From assembly GCA_963705305.1 (NCBI GenBank), contig OY970067.1, positions 3,168,001-3,232,000 of the forward strand: a stretch of 64,000 nucleotides of DNA, written 5' to 3'. Each line of letters starts with the position of its first letter. Positions within the stretch are counted from its first letter, which is position 1. The position numbers and the translations under genes were made by a program. The notes beneath the pieces are model-generated. The model ran no database searches. It was given only the letters and a program-made list of their open reading frames with translations, and had not been told where the DNA came from. Shown here in pieces: positions 60,065-64,000 of this stretch. Source of the stretch: an uncultured Methylomirabilota bacterium. GTDB taxonomy: Bacteria; Methylomirabilota; Methylomirabilia; Methylomirabilales; 2-02-FULL-66-22.

Positions 60065-61257
60065 AGACCCTTCTCCCGCGATGTGGTTGACGCTGGATCT
60101 CGGGGCGGGCGGCCTCCGCGCGGGGTCTCGGCTGGATCGGGCGGAGTCAGTCGCGGGCTGTCGGTTGTCGAATCGGCTGTTCCACCGGGCGTAGGTCGGC
60201 CGCTCGTCGAGCATGCGGAGTCCGGGGCAACGGCCCGCTTTGTCCAGATTAGCCTTCTGAAATTCCTCCAGGAGCGCTTCGGATAGCTTGATGAGGTGTG
60301 TAGTAGCGTCCGCGCCACTCCGGGCGAGGTCGTCAGAGACGTCGGATAGGGCCTCGAAGAGGATTGAATGGGCGCGATGGGGATTGGAACGGAGTTGGAC
60401 GTGACCATCGAAAGCGGCCCACTCTTTATGGTCGTCATATCCAGGGTAAACATTGAATCCTATGGGGCATTAGGATCGTTCGCAGAGCGAATCGGATCTT
60501 ACTGGGAGCTGGGGAACTGCTGGAACCTCGGCTTCTATCCGCTCGAGGACAACGGCTAACCCTCGGGGGGCTGTCGAACTGTGCAGCGGTGATGGCGGGC
60601 ATCGCCCCGCGCACGATCCGCACGTCGGGGGATGCGGGGACCCGGAAGAGCGGGCGCGCGGCTTGCAACCCCAGAGAGTTCCTCGAACCCGGCCCAGCAA
60701 CCTCGCGTCATTGCTGTCAAGGACGGCACGGTGCCTAAACCGCCGTTCGAGGCCGAGAAGGACGACTCATGAGGCTTGAGCGCACAATGCTCTATGGCGG
60801 AACCGCCACCGAAACAGCCTCATCCATCCGCCCTTGCCATAAGTCCGCGAGAGCACGTTTCAGTCTACAATGGCCGAGCGGTTGACAACCGCCAGAATGC
60901 AGTCCGCGGGCAAGAACGAAGTACGCATTTCGGGCACTGTTATCGAGCCGCCACCGGAACAGCCACTCCGAAATTTACCACCTCTAACCCATCGTAAGAC
61001 ATCTCCCTCCCGAAATTCATCCAAGAGGGAATGATCAGAGGCGGGCAGCTTGCAGCAGATCGTGGGAAAGATCAATCGCGATAGTAATTACCAGTATTCG
61101 GGAAGAACAAGATCCATTTGGCCGCGCTCTTACTCATAACGCGCCCTCCCTTCTTGGCGGTCTCGTCCCCATCAGAGCGTCCCGGACGGGCCGCCCCGGC
61201 CCTACCACCATCGCCACAGTGCTACAAGGAATATGATGGCCACCACCAGGGTGAGAT

Positions 61258-62532
61258 TCATTTTCGCCGGTCGATCTCTCTGATCTTCAGCAGCAGGCCG
61301 ACGATCGTCACCAGGATGATCCCCACGGCCACCCAGAGCCCCCGGTGGCGAAACGCCAGATCCTTCAGCGCCTGCTCTCCCCAGGCGTACTCCTTGTCGG
61401 CGATCGTGCCCCCTTGATCGACCAGCGTCTTGACGGCCGCCGCATTGGCCAAGTGGATCGTGACCCGGGCCTTGAGCAGGGCGTCGGTGGCCCCGCGCAG
61501 GTCAAACTTGGCCTGGCCCACTTCCATCCCCGCATTCTGGGCCCGGTCCAGGATCACCGCTGCCCGCCGAATCTTCTCCGTGAGCCCGTCCAGGGAGGCC
61601 CGGATGACCCCGGCCTGCTGGATTTCGGGGGAGTTCGGCTGGTGGCAGTTCACACAGACCGCAGGCGGGGCCGTCCCCACCATGGCGTCGCTGGTCTTCC
61701 TCACGTCGTGATTGCTATGGCAGGTCACGCACCCAGGGAGTCCGAGGGCGGAGAAGGCCGTCTGGTGAGGGCTCTTGCCGAAGAAGTCCTCCTGGACGCT
61801 GTGGCAGGTCCCGCAGACATTGGCGACGGAACTCGCGCCCGGCGGCACGGCGCCATGATTGCCATGGCAGATGTTGCAGGTCGGGGCGGACAAATCCCCG
61901 TTCTGGGTCAGCGCCTGGTAGTGGACGCTCTCCTTGTACTTGACGACCACGTCGGTCGGCACGTCATAGCCGGCCATGTAGCGGGGATCGCCGTGGCACC
62001 GGCCGCAGGTGTCCACGACCTTCAGCGGGTAGGTCCAGGCCTGCTGGTCCTTGATGGCCTTGATCTTGTGGATGTCGTGACAGCTGATGCACGTCGCGAC
62101 CTTCTGGTCGCCCTTCCGCAGCTGCTTTCCGTGTACGCTGGTGTAGTACTCCTGCACCTGGTCCACCCGGAGCGTCGGATCGAAGCGTTTCATGTAGTCC
62201 GCGTTGCTGTGACACTTCCCGCAGAGCTGGGGGATGGCCTGGTGCGTCGGCTTCCCGACGAATCCCTTGGCCTTGCCCATGGCCACGTTCGGATCGAAGC
62301 TGGTGGGGTCCCCCCCGTGACAATCCTGGCACAGAATTCCCTTGGCGTAATGGATGTCCTGGGGAAAGAGCTCTGCAGGCTCCCGCAGGCGGGGGATGTC
62401 GCTCCCCTCATGACAGGCGATGCAGGTATTGCTCGCCGCCGGGGTCTGGGCCGCCCTGCCGTTGCCCGGGGCAGCGAGCAGGAGCAGGCCGAGAACCATC
62501 ACCCCAAGCGGGAGCAGCCGGAGGTGCCGCAT
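61258..62532 (-). CDS. Nonaheme cytochrome c with C-terminal membrane anchor
   Basis: Signal peptide, 9 CxxCH motifs counted, C-terminal TM. Confidence 0.92.
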   Translation of the reverse strand: MRHLRLLPLGVMVLGLLLLAAPGNGRAAQTPAASNTCIACHEGSDIPRLREPAELFPQDIHYAKGILCQDCHGGDPTSFDPNVAMGKAKGFVGKPTHQAIPQLCGKCHSNADYMKRFDPTLRVDQVQEYYTSVHGKQLRKGDQKVATCISCHDIHKIKAIKDQQAWTYPLKVVDTCGRCHGDPRYMAGYDVPTDVVVKYKESVHYQALTQNGDLSAPTCNICHGNHGAVPPGASSVANVCGTCHSVQEDFFGKSPHQTAFSALGLPGCVTCHSNHDVRKTSDAMVGTAPPAVCVNCHQPNSPEIQQAGVIRASLDGLTEKIRRAAVILDRAQNAGMEVGQAKFDLRGATDALLKARVTIHLANAAAVKTLVDQGGTIADKEYAWGEQALKDLAFRHRGLWVAVGIILVTIVGLLLKIREIDRRK

Positions 62533-62533
62533 G

Positions 62534-63643
62534 TTATTTCCCCCCCGCTACCACGTACCCCAGCACGCTCAGCGCCACGATGTACGTCACGAGGCACACG
62601 CCGATCCGGAAGAACAGCGGGCTCTTCTCCCCCCGGGCCGATCGGCGATCCAGGAATGGAACCAGCAGGAGGAATAGCCCTCCCAGCCCAAAACCCACGA
62701 CTCCCACCACCTCGCCGTCGATCGGCCCGATTCTGGCCGGGAGGAGCTTGAGGGTCTGGAACATGTACATGAAGTACCACTCGGGCCGGATGCCCGCCGG
62801 GGCCGAGGCGAAGGGATCCGCCTTGGTCCCCAACTCCCAGGGGAAGTAGGCGGCCAGCGCCCCCAGGACGGCCAGCGCCGACAACCAGCCCACCACGTCA
62901 CGCAGGAGAAAGTGCGGAAAGAACGGCATGCTGCGGATGGGACGGCCGCTCTTCTCCACCTCCGGCGGCACGCTCATCCCCTGCGCCTGGACCAGGAACA
63001 GGTGGGCCGCGAGCAGGAACGTGACGAGCAGGGGAAGGATGGCGACGTGGATCCCATAGAAGCGGGAGAGCGTGGCTCCCGTGACGTCGTCCCCCCCGCG
63101 CAGGAGCTTGACGATAAGGTGCCCCACCACGGGCACCTGGCCCGCCACGTTGGTCCCCACCTGGGTGGCAAAGAAGGCCAAGGTATTCCAGGGGAGCAGG
63201 TAGCCGCTGAAGCCGAAGACCAGGATCAGGCCGAAGAGCAGGACCCCGGTGACCCAGGTGAGCTCCCGCGGCTTCCGATAGCCCTGGGTGAAGTAGACGC
63301 TGAACAGGTGGACCATCATCACGGCGATCATGAGGTTGGCCGACCAGCTGTGAATGGACCGAATGAGCCACCCGAACTGGACATCGGTCATGATGAACTG
63401 GACGCTCTCGTAGGCCTGCTCGGCACTGGGGCGGTAGTAGAGGACCAGCAGGATACCGGTCAGCACCTGGATGATGAAGAGAAAGAGTGTCATCCCCCCG
63501 AAGTAATACCAGACCGTGTGCTTGTGCTCGGGCACCACCTTGTGCCGGACGAATCCGCGGAAGGCATCCAGGTCGAGGCGCGCCTCCAGCCAGTCCGTGA
63601 GAGGCTGAACCAGTCGGGGCCACAGATTGTCGCGCCGCTCCAT
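62534..63643 (-). CDS. Cytochrome b of a Rieske/cytochrome b complex
   Basis: [29 protein letters not shown]. Confidence 0.93.
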   Translation of the reverse strand: MERRDNLWPRLVQPLTDWLEARLDLDAFRGFVRHKVVPEHKHTVWYYFGGMTLFLFIIQVLTGILLVLYYRPSAEQAYESVQFIMTDVQFGWLIRSIHSWSANLMIAVMMVHLFSVYFTQGYRKPRELTWVTGVLLFGLILVFGFSGYLLPWNTLAFFATQVGTNVAGQVPVVGHLIVKLLRGGDDVTGATLSRFYGIHVAILPLLVTFLLAAHLFLVQAQGMSVPPEVEKSGRPIRSMPFFPHFLLRDVVGWLSALAVLGALAAYFPWELGTKADPFASAPAGIRPEWYFMYMFQTLKLLPARIGPIDGEVVGVVGFGLGGLFLLLVPFLDRRSARGEKSPLFFRIGVCLVTYIVALSVLGYVVAGGK

Positions 63644-63645
63644 CT

Positions 63646-63999
63646 TCAGGCTCGCTTGCTGACCACGACCTGATCGCCCTTGACGAAGACCTTGTAGGGC
63701 TCCAGCGGTCGGGGAGGCGGACCGCTCACGTTCTTCCCGTTGAGGTCGTAGACCCCGTTGTGACAGGGGCACCAGATGTCCTCGCGGGCGGCCCGGTACT
63801 GAACGGTACAGCCGAGATGGGTGCAAACTGCGGTGAAGGCGCGCAGTTCGCCGGATGGAGTTCGAACCAGGATGCCCGGCTGGCTCCCGAAGCGGAAGAT
63901 CCGCCCCGAGTTGGTCTTGATCTCTGCCGGGCTCCACGGGAGGGTAACGGTGGCGACGCTCGGTTCGCCGGTTTCGGGCGGGATTAGGTAGCGGACGAC
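63646..63999 (-). CDS. Rieske 2Fe-2S protein (5' end outside window)
   Basis: Manual translation gives CTHLGC...CPCHNGVYD...GPPPRPL; not listed in the ORF track. Confidence 0.92.
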   Translation of the reverse strand, partial: VVRYLIPPETGEPSVATVTLPWSPAEIKTNSGRIFRFGSQPGILVRTPSGELRAFTAVCTHLGCTVQYRAAREDIWCPCHNGVYDLNGKNVSGPPPRPLEPYKVFVKGDQVVVSKRA

Positions 64000-64000
64000 C

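Larger units (their letters stand above)
18801..60100. mobile_element. tmRNA-integrated genomic island / F-type ICE (right boundary not seen)
   Basis: Integrase directly after ssrA, alpA, defence-like cargo, traD/G/H/A/F/U and trbC. No repeat of the ssrA 3' end found by eye. Confidence 0.75.

Noticed and set aside
60975..60992. CCACCTC as a possible attR
   Set aside because: Only 7 bp match to the ssrA 3' end, with no T-arm sequence or arm repeats.

Overview
High-GC bacterial window in three parts. (1) 1-18.8 kb is host chromosome: yraN, a cNMP-binding protein, HtrA, a CTAG-flanked MITE, a GH13 protein lacking its catalytic nucleophile, a frameshifted MtaA/UroD-family gene, an NHL protein, a livFGMHK operon plus a second livK, yifB/comM, ACT, PilZ, smpB, a DapA-family aldolase and tmRNA (18450-18800). 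(2) From 18.8 kb to at least 60 kb is a tmRNA-integrated island. It starts with a P4-type integrase, alpA and a truncated dnaB-N relic. A candidate defence cluster follows (AbiEi-like, nucleotidyltransferase, Mre11/YhaO, YhaN, HEPN, M48). Then comes an F-type conjugation region on the minus strand (traU, trbC, traF, SLT, a ~2380-aa Ig-like protein, dsbC, traA, traH, traG, traD, a membrane-anchored HD protein and a degenerate TNase). (3) 61.2-64 kb holds a Rieske / cytochrome b / nonaheme cytochrome c cluster. I found no attR by eye. Two signals stand out. One is a CRISPR-less Cas4 split into two separately encoded, order-swapped, membrane-anchored halves in a four-gene operon inside the tra region (39178-40734). 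The other is a 13-bp box, TGCAGAAA(G/C)(A/C)TG(C/T), at identical spacing upstream of four island promoters. All calls come from reading motifs by eye; no database searches were run.
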